From: a bacterium
Lineage (GTDB): Bacteria; UBA8248
DNA length: 64,000 bases
NCBI GenBank assembly: GCA_965204535.1
Contig: CBDBEV010000001.1
Coordinates: 1,504,001 to 1,568,000 of the forward strand
Direction of reading: 5' to 3'
A program made the position numbers and the translations under genes. The notes under the pieces were generated by a model. The model ran no database searches. It was not told the origin of the DNA and saw only the letters and a list, made by a program, of their open reading frames with translations. Shown here one piece after another: positions 9,978 through 19,608 of the stretch; the stretch's first letter is position 1; every line of letters starts with the position of its first letter.

Positions 9978-11054
9978 TCACTTGTTCTTCGTATAGAAAT
10001 CGCGTATGCGCCCTCTCATCAAGGAGCCGGTATCCCCCGAGTCGGGGAGCGTGACGGAAGGCTCGCTCGCGCCGTCCATGAGGTTTTCCGTGAACTCCGA
10101 CAAATCCACGGCCTCGAAGTCGATCCGCTCCATCTCCTCGACGGTGAAGCCGCGGCAGCTGCCCCAGCCGATGCCGAGTTGCGACCGCGCCGCCTCCTGC
10201 AGGATGCGGCCGAGCTTGGAGCCGAAGACGCACCAGACCCGCTCCCTGCGCACGCAGACCCCCAAGATGCGCTTCGCGCACCGCGTGCCCAGGTAATGCG
10301 TGTTCCCGGCGTGGCGCTCCTGCGCCAGGAGGCGCTCCGCCTCGGTGCAATCGCCGAGGCCGATGAGAAGGCCCGAGTCCTTGCAGCAGTTCGCCAGTCC
10401 GCCCCAGCGGATCCGGCACGATCTGCGCTCGCCCCTGAAAAACCTCAAGCTCCCGCGGTCGAATTCCTCGCCGCCGAGTTCCAGCACCATGTTGAGTTTC
10501 GCCGCCGCGTCGACGAAGCCGATACCCGCCTGAGAGGACCTGGCTTCGCAGTCCGCTCCCACGCACCAGGCGACAGAGCCGCAAGTTCCGCCCGATTCGG
10601 CCTGATCGAGGCCCGCGCCGCAGTTCGAGACGGACCCCGACGCCAGACCCGAGGCGCCGAAGCGCGAAGCGCCGGGATCGCCCTGCACCTCATCACCGCG
10701 CACGGATACCGGGTCATCGGTTTCGACCGACGCTTCAGGACGCGCGGTCGTCCCCTCGATCACGGAGCGCCCGGCGCGTCCACCGGGGTCATCGGGATCG
10801 GCGAGCGCACGGGCAGCGGCGTTTTCCAGATCGGCCGCATTCAGGTCCCGCTCGGGCCGGTCCGTTCCCGCGTAGCCGGGCACCCTGGACGTCGATGTCG
10901 GGTCTCGCGCAACGGTGGCGGCCGCCGCCCGGCCCACGTCCCCCATCGCGCGGGCGGCCGCCTTGGGGTCTTCGGCGCGCGAGTCGCCCGCTGACAGGTG
11001 CGCCAGGATGAGCAGGAACAGAATGATGCCCTTCATTTTGTCGTTGCGCCTCAC
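9978..11054 (-). CDS. traN: Mating-pair stabilisation protein TraN, unusually short
   Basis: Cys-rich C-terminal TraN motifs (NCCK, HYLGTRC, WCVFGSKLGRILQE, CRGFTVEEMERIDF); only 358 aa. Confidence 0.88.
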   Translation of the reverse strand: MRRNDKMKGIILFLLILAHLSAGDSRAEDPKAAARAMGDVGRAAAATVARDPTSTSRVPGYAGTDRPERDLNAADLENAAARALADPDDPGGRAGRSVIEGTTARPEASVETDDPVSVRGDEVQGDPGASRFGASGLASGSVSNCGAGLDQAESGGTCGSVAWCVGADCEARSSQAGIGFVDAAAKLNMVLELGGEEFDRGSLRFFRGERRSCRIRWGGLANCCKDSGLLIGLGDCTEAERLLAQERHAGNTHYLGTRCAKRILGVCVRRERVWCVFGSKLGRILQEAARSQLGIGWGSCRGFTVEEMERIDFEAVDLSEFTENLMDGASEPSVTLPDSGDTGSLMRGRIRDFYTKNK

Positions 11055-11770
11055 CGATAATCTCCCCTGAGTTTCCCGAGGTGACGCCGCGCCGTCTCCC
11101 GGCCCGGCCCGCCTTCTGTCGCGATAATCGAAAGCGCAGCGTCGAGGCCGATGTTCCCCCCGATAACGTCATGGGGCGGCGCGGGGTCCGCCGAACAACC
11201 GCGGGTCGTACAAAGCGGGACGCCGCCCGGGACGACGGCGACGGTGGGGACCGCCTTCACCTCGAACAGCCGGAAAAGGCGCGGGTCTATGGCGGCGCCG
11301 GCATTTGCAGGGAGATGCGCCCCGACGCGTTTCACCGTGGCCCTGAGTCCTCCCCGCGCGACGCCGCGCAGAACCAGCGGCGCGCCGATCCTGGCCGCCT
11401 CCACGCTCCACTCCCGCCAGGCCGCTGCGGGAACCGACAGGCTCATGAAGACGATGACTTCCGAGCCTCGCGCAGGCTTTGACAAATTATCCGCGAGGCT
11501 CCCGGCGCGGCTTTCCGCCGGGAGGGGGGCGAGGGTCTCAGGGGCGTTTTTGGCGGCGCGCTCCAGAGCGCGTTCGAGCACGGAACGCGACCAGGAGCCG
11601 AGGTCGGCGGGTGGAGATTTTTTTCCCTGCCTGAGTATCTGATCCACGATCTTTTTCGCCGCCTCCGAGGGTTTTTCCTGGGAGTAAGCCGGAGCGTTCC
11701 AAGCCGCAAACAGGAGGGAGCAGGCGAGCAAGGCCATGATTGTGAACGTATGTATCTGATGCCGGCCCAT
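11051..11770 (-). CDS. trbC: Type-F pilus assembly protein TrbC
   Basis: IVFMSLSVP, LVLRGV, IDPRLFRLFEVKAVP, GNIGLDAAL. Confidence 0.9.
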   Translation of the reverse strand: MGRHQIHTFTIMALLACSLLFAAWNAPAYSQEKPSEAAKKIVDQILRQGKKSPPADLGSWSRSVLERALERAAKNAPETLAPLPAESRAGSLADNLSKPARGSEVIVFMSLSVPAAAWREWSVEAARIGAPLVLRGVARGGLRATVKRVGAHLPANAGAAIDPRLFRLFEVKAVPTVAVVPGGVPLCTTRGCSADPAPPHDVIGGNIGLDAALSIIATEGGPGRETARRHLGKLRGDYR

Positions 11771-11780
11771 ATCAAAATCC

Positions 11781-12782
11781 TTAGAGTAGGCAGCAGTTGC
11801 GCTTGCGCCAGAGCAGGTACCCGAAATTCTCCCCCGCGACCGGGAGTTCGCGGAGCGTCTCCCAGAGAACCGTGGAGCGGCCCGTCGGGTTGCAGCCGGT
11901 CAGCGCCGAGGTGGCGGGCACCGGCTGGGTCATCTGCCAGCGGTACTGTGATTTCTTCATGATGGGCATGGGATAGCGGCCGCACAGCGCGGCCGAGCCC
12001 GACGTGCCCCAGGCGAGCAGGGTGCGGTGCAGGCGGAAGACGAGACGCTGTGCGGCAAGCAGCGATGCCTGCACGCCGCCCACGTGGGCGCCCACGTTGC
12101 CGGTCAGGGGGTACATCGCGCCCTGACAGCCCGCGCACCAGTAGAGCGCGTCGAGCGGCAGGCCCGCAGAGGCCGCCGCGCAGTCCGCGGCGCACGCCGC
12201 CTGGGCGGGCAGGTCCGCGAAGAGCGCGGCTTCGGGACTCAGCAGGAACGAGAGCTCATCATCCCGCCAGGCCGGGTCGAGCTCCGATACCCAGGCGATG
12301 TCGAGGCCGCCGCCTTCCAGACAGCCCAGGTCCAGCAGCGCCCCGATCCACGAGAGCAGCGGGTAGACGTAGTAGTGGACGTGCCAGGTGGAGCCTTGCG
12401 CGCCGTCCCCGCCCGATGCGCCCGTCCGACCGCGTCCGGCGGGCAAACCCCCGTCGATGGTCAATCCACCGAGATTCGGGAAACACCAGGGCGCGCGGCT
12501 CGCGTCGATCAGGCGCGCGGGTTCCCAGACGCCCAGCGAGAGGCCGATCCGGGGGATGGGACTCCCGCAGTAACAGATCGGGGACCCGGGATTGGGCGTG
12601 TCCGGCGCGCCGGCGGCCGCGCCTATCCGGATCGGTCCTATCGATATCGGAAAAAGGCACTCCCAGCACACGTCCGTCACGGGGTTCACGAAACGGCCCG
12701 TGCACGACTGCGCAGAAGCGCCCTGCGCTGACAGAACGGCGACGAGAAATATGATGAGTCCTGAAATTTTCAGGGACTTCAT
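11781..12782 (-). CDS. traU: Conjugal transfer protein TraU
   Basis: CTGRFVNPVTDVCWECLFPI, WCAGCQG, C-terminal WRKRNCC. Confidence 0.95.
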   Translation of the reverse strand: MKSLKISGLIIFLVAVLSAQGASAQSCTGRFVNPVTDVCWECLFPISIGPIRIGAAAGAPDTPNPGSPICYCGSPIPRIGLSLGVWEPARLIDASRAPWCFPNLGGLTIDGGLPAGRGRTGASGGDGAQGSTWHVHYYVYPLLSWIGALLDLGCLEGGGLDIAWVSELDPAWRDDELSFLLSPEAALFADLPAQAACAADCAAASAGLPLDALYWCAGCQGAMYPLTGNVGAHVGGVQASLLAAQRLVFRLHRTLLAWGTSGSAALCGRYPMPIMKKSQYRWQMTQPVPATSALTGCNPTGRSTVLWETLRELPVAGENFGYLLWRKRNCCLL

Positions 12783-13444
12783 GGACGCTCTCCTGCGCTT
12801 TCGGGTTCGTCTTCGAGCGGCACTTCCGTGATCCGCAGGAAGACTCCTTCCGCCGCGACCAACGAAGGCGTGGCGACGACGCCCAGGCGCCTCGCGAGCC
12901 TGCCGCCCTGGTCGAAGAAGAACGCCCGCCCGTGGGCGCGGGCGAGGTCCAGCGGACGGCCAGCGAGCAGTACGATCACGGAGGGTTTTTCGCGGGCAAT
13001 CGCCCAGTCGACCTCGACCGGGCGCGTCCCGTCGATGAAGAGGAGATCGCGGGTTAAGGGGTGTTTTTCAAGGGGATTGATCCGGGTCCCCCGGGCCGCG
13101 ACCAGCGTCCCCTCGGCCGTCCTGATGTCCTGTCCGACCGTGATGGTGGGGTCGAACCGCCTGATCCTGAGAAAGCGCGCAGGCTTGACGCCCGCGACGC
13201 GGGGAGGCGCCTCGACCCGCTCCCGGGCGCGTTCCACGGCTTCACGCCTCATGCGGTCCGCCTCGCCCGTGTCCTCCATTTCCTCGAGCCTGGCCTCGAT
13301 CTCGCGCAAAAGGTCGGGCTCCTCGATGGGCCATACCGCTCCGCGGACGCCTAAGTCCTTCGCCGCAGCGGCGCCGGCGGCGAGGACGAAGACACATGCC
13401 ATCACGGTCCTCATGAGACGTGAATGAAGCGAGTGTCGCCTCAT
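12779..13444 (-). CDS. traW: Type-F conjugative transfer protein TraW
   Basis: DLGVRGAVWPIEEPDLL, FDPT, INPL, FFDQGG. Confidence 0.93.
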   Translation of the reverse strand: MRRHSLHSRLMRTVMACVFVLAAGAAAAKDLGVRGAVWPIEEPDLLREIEARLEEMEDTGEADRMRREAVERARERVEAPPRVAGVKPARFLRIRRFDPTITVGQDIRTAEGTLVAARGTRINPLEKHPLTRDLLFIDGTRPVEVDWAIAREKPSVIVLLAGRPLDLARAHGRAFFFDQGGRLARRLGVVATPSLVAAEGVFLRITEVPLEDEPESAGERP

Positions 13445-13995
13445 GGCCGCACCTCCCCGGGTTTCGCGAGAGGACCTTCGAGGCCCAGCCAGGGGAGGTC
13501 AGGCAGCGCCACGGCGCGGCCACGGATTCGCTCGCGCGGCACGAGGCCGATCTCGCGGTACCTGCTGTCGTGACTGTCCTTGTGCTCCGCATGGACGTAG
13601 TAGTGGCCCGGCGGGATGACTCCCGGTTCGATGGCGGCAAGCGGACGGCCGTCAAGCGCGCGCCGCTTTGCGACTCCTGTTAAAACGCCGTTCACGCTGA
13701 CGCGCCGTTCATCATCCACCTCCACGCGCTCGCCCGGCAGGCCGCTGACGCGTTTCAGATACGGAATCGGCGAATCGGCGGCTTCGGGCGGGTCAAAGAG
13801 GACGAGGTCGCCGCGCTGTGGCGCTCCGATCAGCGGCAGCGCGAAGTATCCCCATGCGCCGTCGGAGGTGCTGGCGTTCACGTGGACGCGCGATGCCGCC
13901 GCGAGCCACAGGCCCGAGAGAACGGCCATGCAGACCAGGAGCCTGAAGCCCCTGGGGTTCGTTCGGCCCTTTGCGGCCTCATCGGTCATCAGCAT
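13441..13995 (-). CDS. S26-family conjugative signal peptidase (TrhF/TraF-like pilin maturase)
   Basis: NASTS, YLKRVSGLPG, HKDSHDSRY..IGLV motifs. Confidence 0.88.
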   Translation of the reverse strand: MLMTDEAAKGRTNPRGFRLLVCMAVLSGLWLAAASRVHVNASTSDGAWGYFALPLIGAPQRGDLVLFDPPEAADSPIPYLKRVSGLPGERVEVDDERRVSVNGVLTGVAKRRALDGRPLAAIEPGVIPPGHYYVHAEHKDSHDSRYREIGLVPRERIRGRAVALPDLPWLGLEGPLAKPGEVRP

Positions 13996-14365
13996 TTTTC
14001 TTCTCCCTGTTCGATGAAGTCCTGCTAGCGAGTTCCGTCATCACGGCCTCGACCTCCTCCGTCAGGTCCTCTGCGCCCGCGGCGACGGCGCCCGCCGTGA
14101 GCAGGACGACGCCCCGGCGCGCGGCGGTTCGCGCGAGCGCCTCCTCCAGCCTTCTCGCCCAGTCGCGGGCGGCGGCCAGGGTTTTCCTGGAATCTCCACC
14201 ATCGCGCAGCGACTTCGTGACGTAGGCCGCCGTGAGGCTCGATAGCCGCACGCTCGCGATATGATGGGGTTTTCCGGGAGCAAACCTCACTGTCCCGGCC
14301 GAGACGGCGGCGGCGACGCCCGCCGCGAGCAGGAGAGTGGCCGCGAACCCGGAAACCCCGTTCAT
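13979..14365 (-). CDS. trbI: TrbI-F family transfer protein
   Basis: N-terminal TM, IASVRLSSL, GVVLL..GAVAAGAEDLT; position between traC and the peptidase/traW. Confidence 0.7.
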   Translation of the reverse strand: MNGVSGFAATLLLAAGVAAAVSAGTVRFAPGKPHHIASVRLSSLTAAYVTKSLRDGGDSRKTLAAARDWARRLEEALARTAARRGVVLLTAGAVAAGAEDLTEEVEAVMTELASRTSSNREKKNADDR

Positions 14366-14673
14366 GGCCGCTCCCCCGCGGCGCAAAGCGCATCATCCAT
14401 CTCGACCCACTCCGCGGCGTCATGACGCCTGAACCACGCCGTTCCCTCCTCGTCATGGAACATGTAGTGGAACCGGCCCGCGTAGAGGCGCTCACCTGCG
14501 TCGGCCGAGAGCACGCCCGAAGCGATAGCGGCGCGGAACACGGCGTCGGCGTCCTCGTACACCCGAATGAAGCGCTCAGGATCCGAGTGCTGCCTGCGAT
14601 CAGGCCGCATCGCGCGAACCTCCCGCCCGGGGCGTCCCATCTTTTTCTTTCGGCGTTTGTGCTTGCGTGGCAT
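14362..14673 (-). CDS. Hypothetical protein inside the tra operon
   Basis: GAGGAG RBS before ATG 14673; its stop overlaps the trbI start (ATGA coupling). Confidence 0.55.
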   Translation of the reverse strand: MPRKHKRRKKKMGRPGREVRAMRPDRRQHSDPERFIRVYEDADAVFRAAIASGVLSADAGERLYAGRFHYMFHDEEGTAWFRRHDAAEWVEMDDALCAAGERP

Positions 14674-15328
14674 ATGCTTTCTCCTCACGGTTGTTGCCGG
14701 ATACCCCGGGATGGGGAGCGGAAATGCTTCCAGCCGCGCCGGGGGTTTCCCTGAGCGCGTTCAGGCGCTCGAGCCAGAGCCTCGCCGCGCGCTCCGGAGC
14801 AAGGGACCTGATCCTTCTCTCAATCGGCGGGAAGGTGAGGAGCGGGGATACATTCGCGCCCGCTCCCGGTACGTCGCGCTCCTCGGCCGCATCGGCCATC
14901 CGGGCCACGAAGCTAACGAGTTCCGCAGGCGCTGAAGCCGGCTTTGCATCGAGTCCGGCCGCCTCGCGTACCGCGCGGTCCGTTTTTTCACCGAGCCGTC
15001 TCAGCCGCGGCGTCGAGCGACGCGAGGGGGCGCCGCCGGACCCCAACCAGGCGACGGCGGCTTCATAAAGCAGGGCCAGGAGCGCCGCTTCCCTCACGTC
15101 GCCTCCCGCAGTGGCGGCCAGGTCCTCTATCGCCTCGCTCATCGCGACCCCGTGCGCCGCGACCGAGTGATAGCGCCTCACCCGTCCCTCCCTTCTGCAG
15201 GTGTTGGCGAGCACGTGGGCCAGGGCCTCGAAGTCGACCGAGTCGGCCGCAAGCAGTTCGGGGTCCCCCGGCCAGGCGAGGGGCTTCTCCCCGGCGGCGC
15301 CTGCGTGGACTCTTTTTTTCGCGTTCAT
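14600..15328 (-). CDS. HD-superfamily (YfbR/YfdR-like) protein with a degenerate HD motif
   Basis: ALAHVLANTCR..G....HSVAAH matches the family; the expected LLHDAxEAYxGD reads LLYEAAVAWLGS. AAGGAG RBS. Confidence 0.65.
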   Translation of the reverse strand: MNAKKRVHAGAAGEKPLAWPGDPELLAADSVDFEALAHVLANTCRREGRVRRYHSVAAHGVAMSEAIEDLAATAGGDVREAALLALLYEAAVAWLGSGGAPSRRSTPRLRRLGEKTDRAVREAAGLDAKPASAPAELVSFVARMADAAEERDVPGAGANVSPLLTFPPIERRIRSLAPERAARLWLERLNALRETPGAAGSISAPHPGVSGNNREEKAYATQAQTPKEKDGTPRAGGSRDAA

Positions 15329-15374
15329 GTGATCTCCTTTTCGTGTTCATACAGATAATCTTGCGATGGATGAC

Positions 15375-17903
15375 TCATTGCGCGACCTCAGCTGACGCCT
15401 CCTCCGGGAGACCCTCATCCGCGATTCGCAGTACGGCTTCTTCCGTCGTGAGGCCATCACTTTTCAGTTTCTCGATCGCTGCGAAGGCGGGTCCACGCGA
15501 TGAGTAGAGCGCGCCCGACACGCGGTCGAGGGCGAGGCGGGCGACGCGCCAGCCGTCCGGGCCGTGGAGGACGAGTTCGGCATGGCGCCCGTCCACCGTG
15601 GCGAGGCTCTTGAGCGCCCGCTCCATCCCCGGATCGCAGTGGATGCGCTTTTCCTGCTTGAGGAGTTCGACGGACTCGTCCTTTTGCGCCAGAAATATCG
15701 TCCAGTCGGCGTTGTCCCAAGCGGCGCGGGCGGCGGGGTTCGCGTAGTAGTCGTTCACGCTCTGGGTGCCCGTCACGAGCGCGCCCCGGTATTTTCTCGC
15801 GCGGCGGGCCGCGCCTTCCAGGAACGCCTTGCTGTCCTCGCCCGAGAGCAGGTCCCAGGCCTCATCAATAACGATCGCCTTGGGCCGCGTCCTCGGCCCG
15901 TGGTACATCCGCTGCGTCGCGAGAAACACCACGAGCATGAGGACCACGCCCTGAAGGTCGCCGCGCCCCTTGAGTTCCGCGAGTTCGAACACGGTGAGCG
16001 CGGCATCGAGCGCGGGCGTCCCGCCTCCCTCGAAGAGCCTTCCCATCGCACCGCCCGGCCGCCAGGGACCGAGCGCGAGCGCCATATCGGCCGCGCGCCT
16101 GTCGCCCGCGGATTCCAGTCTTTTTTGCACGAGGCCTAAATCCGCGTCGTTTCCGGCGTCCTCCCAGGCGCGCGCGATGGCCTCATCAATCAGCGCGGCC
16201 TCAATGTCGTCTATCCGCCCGCGCCTCCGGCACATGCGGCCGATGACCGAAGCCAGCATGGCGAAGCACTCTTCCCGGTAGTCGCCGTCTCTTGCGGCCG
16301 TCTCCTTGTCGATCATGGCGAAGGGGTTCAGCCGCGCCGGGTCCTTGCCGAAGGCGATGAAGGCGCCGCCGAGCGCCTCGGCCGTATGCTGGAAGGATCG
16401 CCCGTCGTCGATGACGACGGCCTCGCCTCCCGCGCCGGCGATGCCTGCGACCAGTTCCTGCATCAGGACGGATTTACCCGAACCCGACTTCCCCGTGACG
16501 GCCACGTTGTAGTTTCCCGCCTCGTTCGCGAACGGGGACCAGGGGGCGGGCTGGCCCCGCCTTCCCAGGAGCAATAGCGCGGGCGGGGCGTCGGGATTCG
16601 GCCGCTGGCCGCGCCACTCCCCGTGTACTGGCGCCAGGTTGACGGCTGATGAAGTCAACAGCGTCTTCATCCGCCCCATCCGGGCGAGGTCGGCGTCGAG
16701 TCCGCCCGCAGGCGCCATGGGCAGGCAGGAGAGCCAGGCGGGGAGGTGGGCGTAGCGCTCCGCCCCCAGCCGCCAGCCCTGCCCGTGGTAGATGGCGCGC
16801 ACCGCCTGTTCGGCCTCATCCATCGCTTCCGGTGTCGCGTAGACGCAGACGGCGTAACAGGCCCGGACCAGGCGCTCGCCCTCTTTCAGCCTTTCGGTCA
16901 CGAAACGCCAGTCGCGCGCCTTCTCTGGAAGCCCCGGCAGGTAGCGCGCGATTCCCGTTCCGGCCTGCTGCGTCGCGCGGGCGGACTTCAGGAACGCTCG
17001 CTCCCCGTCCGCCGCCTCGCCCATCATCACGGTGAGCGCGGTCAGGACCGGCGCGCCGGGCTGCAGGAAGTCGCGATAGAAATCCCCTATCAGGGCGTTT
17101 CCCCGCCAGCCGGGCCAGACTTCAGGGTATCCGCGGGCCGTCAGGACGCGCACGGCGACGTCGGCGCCCTCATGATGATGGAAGAGCAGTCCCTCGGGCG
17201 CGACGCTCATCGCCCGTCCGGGGGCAGCGCATTGAAGATGGACCGGATCGCGCGGCGACCAGCGCCTCTCTGGCCGCATAAGACCCCCGTCGTACGCGCC
17301 TTCGATGTCGGGCGCCGTGAGTTCCGCGGCGAGTGACAACAATTCGTCCGGCTCCGTCCGCCGCGCCCATGTACCGATCGAGGCGAGCGCGCCCTCGAGT
17401 GCGCGCCGGAACCCGCCAAGCGCGGTCTCTGACGCGGGCCCCGGACGGCCCGGCAGGCTCGCCGTGAGGAACACCCGGCAGTCGTTCAGGGTGCAGGGCG
17501 GGCCTCCCGCGTGGAGCGGACGCCAGCCGGCGCCCGTGAAGAGCGCTTCTCTGCGCTTCGCCATCACGGCCAGGAGGCCGCCCGCCGTCTCCCTGGATCC
17601 CGCCCACTGTGCGAGCGCCGCCCCGTAGCGGGGACTCGCCCAGTGGATCACCTGCACCACCGAGCGATCGGGCGCGGAATCGGCGAGCGTTCCCGCAAGC
17701 GTGTCCAGCGTCCCCTCGTCCACGCCCGCGAAAGGCGGGAGTTCGAGCACGAAGCCGAGACTGCCCGCGTTCACGTAGAACTCGCCCGCCTCGTCCCAGG
17801 CCCGCCAGGGAAGCAGTTCCACCAGGGGCGCAGGCATGGCCGGGAGGGAGCGGGGCGCGAGCGCCTCCGCGCCGCCCAGGATATCCTTGAGACGCCCGAT
17901 CAC
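15375..17903 (-). CDS. traC: VirB4-family ATPase TraC
   Basis: NYNVAVTGKSGSGKS, IVIDEAWDLL, RRARKYRGAL; 842 aa. Confidence 0.96.
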   Translation of the reverse strand: MIGRLKDILGGAEALAPRSLPAMPAPLVELLPWRAWDEAGEFYVNAGSLGFVLELPPFAGVDEGTLDTLAGTLADSAPDRSVVQVIHWASPRYGAALAQWAGSRETAGGLLAVMAKRREALFTGAGWRPLHAGGPPCTLNDCRVFLTASLPGRPGPASETALGGFRRALEGALASIGTWARRTEPDELLSLAAELTAPDIEGAYDGGLMRPERRWSPRDPVHLQCAAPGRAMSVAPEGLLFHHHEGADVAVRVLTARGYPEVWPGWRGNALIGDFYRDFLQPGAPVLTALTVMMGEAADGERAFLKSARATQQAGTGIARYLPGLPEKARDWRFVTERLKEGERLVRACYAVCVYATPEAMDEAEQAVRAIYHGQGWRLGAERYAHLPAWLSCLPMAPAGGLDADLARMGRMKTLLTSSAVNLAPVHGEWRGQRPNPDAPPALLLLGRRGQPAPWSPFANEAGNYNVAVTGKSGSGKSVLMQELVAGIAGAGGEAVVIDDGRSFQHTAEALGGAFIAFGKDPARLNPFAMIDKETAARDGDYREECFAMLASVIGRMCRRRGRIDDIEAALIDEAIARAWEDAGNDADLGLVQKRLESAGDRRAADMALALGPWRPGGAMGRLFEGGGTPALDAALTVFELAELKGRGDLQGVVLMLVVFLATQRMYHGPRTRPKAIVIDEAWDLLSGEDSKAFLEGAARRARKYRGALVTGTQSVNDYYANPAARAAWDNADWTIFLAQKDESVELLKQEKRIHCDPGMERALKSLATVDGRHAELVLHGPDGWRVARLALDRVSGALYSSRGPAFAAIEKLKSDGLTTEEAVLRIADEGLPEEASAEVAQ

Positions 17904-18385
17904 GGCAGCCTCCAGCGCGCGGGCCTCACCACGACGCGCACCCAGTGACCCTCGCGGTAGACGCCGCTCATGTCCACGTAGGGCGCTATCCAGATGCGGG
18001 CGATGCGTTCTTTCGTGCGAAGGTTTTCATGGGGCGAAATCAGTGTCTCCTCGACGACCGGGGTAGATAGCGGCTCCGCCGTGGCGGCGCCCTCGTCCTG
18101 TTCCTCCTCATTACGGAACAGTTCCACGAACCAGGCGATGAGGCCGCTCAGGCCCGGGAACCCGTTCGTTTCCGTGGGACGAGGGGGAGCGGGAAGCGTC
18201 GTTTCCCGTCCCTCTCCCGGCGCACGGGCGGCGGGATCCGCATCGGTGACGCTCTGACACGCCGTTCCCTGCGCGAGGGGGCACTGCCAGGACTCGCCCA
18301 CATGGCTGCTGCTCGCGCAACCCGTGACGAGCGCCGCTAGCAAGAGGGGCGCGAGCGCCCGCATGTAAAGTTTTGTTATTTTCAT
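17900..18385 (-). CDS. traV: Lipoprotein TraV
   Basis: Lipobox LVTGC, WQC...G.AC.SV, ARIWIAPYVD. Confidence 0.9.
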   Translation of the reverse strand: MKITKLYMRALAPLLLAALVTGCASSSHVGESWQCPLAQGTACQSVTDADPAARAPGEGRETTLPAPPRPTETNGFPGLSGLIAWFVELFRNEEEQDEGAATAEPLSTPVVEETLISPHENLRTKERIARIWIAPYVDMSGVYREGHWVRVVVRPARWRLP

Positions 18386-19608
18386 TTGTCGCTCCTCCGT
18401 TTTTTGGTTCTCGTGTCGTCTTGTCCGTCGATGCGCGCGCCCTCGATGAACACCACCGTGACCCGCGTGCCGGTCTGCAGCTGGATCACCGGCTGGTACT
18501 GCTCGGCGCGCCTGATCAGGTAGTCCGCCACCTTGCGGCCCGCAGAGCCCGCGCCGGCGCCCAGGCCCGCGCGTCCCAGATCGCCGAGGTCCGCCGCGCG
18601 CTCGGTTCCCCCGTCGCCTGCCGGGACGCGCAGCATGCCGGCCGCGGTCTCGCCCGCGCCCGATACCAGGCCCGCCAGGAACGCCTTCTCGACCAGCACC
18701 CCCTCCCGACTCACCACGGGTCCCCGTACGCCCGCCTTGCCGCCCCCCGCCACGAAGCCCGATACCCTGGTCTCGATCACGGTGCCGGGATCGGGGCCTG
18801 AGCAGGTCATGGTGCGAAGCCGCACGTAGACTTTTTCGGACGACAGATCACCGTAGGCCGCTCCCGTGAGCGTGCAGCCCGTGACGTTCGCTTCCAGCGC
18901 CACGCCGTCATCCGCCGCGCTCCTCGCCTTGCCCGTGAGCCTCAGCAGCACGGGCCGGGGGTCGCTCTGTGAGGACACGCCCACCGAGGCGTCCACCCCC
19001 GCGAGCACCACCGCCTCGGCATAGGCGCCCGCCGGCAGCCACCAGGAAAGCGGCCGGGCGCCTGCGGCGGGACTTTCGGCCTTGAGACTCGTTGGTTTTT
19101 CGAATTCGAGGATCATGGGCGCAGGCCGGGCCGGGGGAATCTTCCCGCCCCGAGCGGGACGTTTCATTCCGGCGCCCCGAGAGGGTTGTTTGGCCTGGGG
19201 GGGCGCTATGGGCCGCGCTTCCAGCTTCCTGCGCAGTTGGTCGATGGCCGCCGCCTGGCGGTCGATCACCAGTCGTCCATCCGCTGCGTCCTTGGTGATG
19301 CGTTCGCGGAGCCTGGCGTTCTCCGCGTCGATGCGCTTGTTCTTCGTATCGAGGTCCCTGAGCTGCGCCTCCATCTGCCCGATGCGGGATTCCGAACGCC
19401 TGATCCAGACCGTCTCCGCAGACTTTGCTCCCGCCAGTTCCGCCCGGACGCCGCTCACGGGCTTCGGGGGCGCGCCGCCCCCTCCCGCCAAGAGCCAAAG
19501 CGCCAGGGCGAACAGGACCGCCGCGACAAGAACCGAGAACAGGAGAAGCTGCCGGTTCCTGTTCTTCCTGCTCTCGGGGTCCACCCGGGTCTTCTCCTTA
19601 TCGCTCAT
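18382..19608 (-). CDS. traB: TraB (VirB10-like) pilus assembly protein
   Basis: TM plus coiled coil; GDLSSEKVYVRL, GKAGVRGPVVSREG, AEQYQPVI. Start reassigned to MSDKEK. Confidence 0.92.
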   Translation of the reverse strand: MSDKEKTRVDPESRKNRNRQLLLFSVLVAAVLFALALWLLAGGGGAPPKPVSGVRAELAGAKSAETVWIRRSESRIGQMEAQLRDLDTKNKRIDAENARLRERITKDAADGRLVIDRQAAAIDQLRRKLEARPIAPPQAKQPSRGAGMKRPARGGKIPPARPAPMILEFEKPTSLKAESPAAGARPLSWWLPAGAYAEAVVLAGVDASVGVSSQSDPRPVLLRLTGKARSAADDGVALEANVTGCTLTGAAYGDLSSEKVYVRLRTMTCSGPDPGTVIETRVSGFVAGGGKAGVRGPVVSREGVLVEKAFLAGLVSGAGETAAGMLRVPAGDGGTERAADLGDLGRAGLGAGAGSAGRKVADYLIRRAEQYQPVIQLQTGTRVTVVFIEGARIDGQDDTRTKKRRSDK

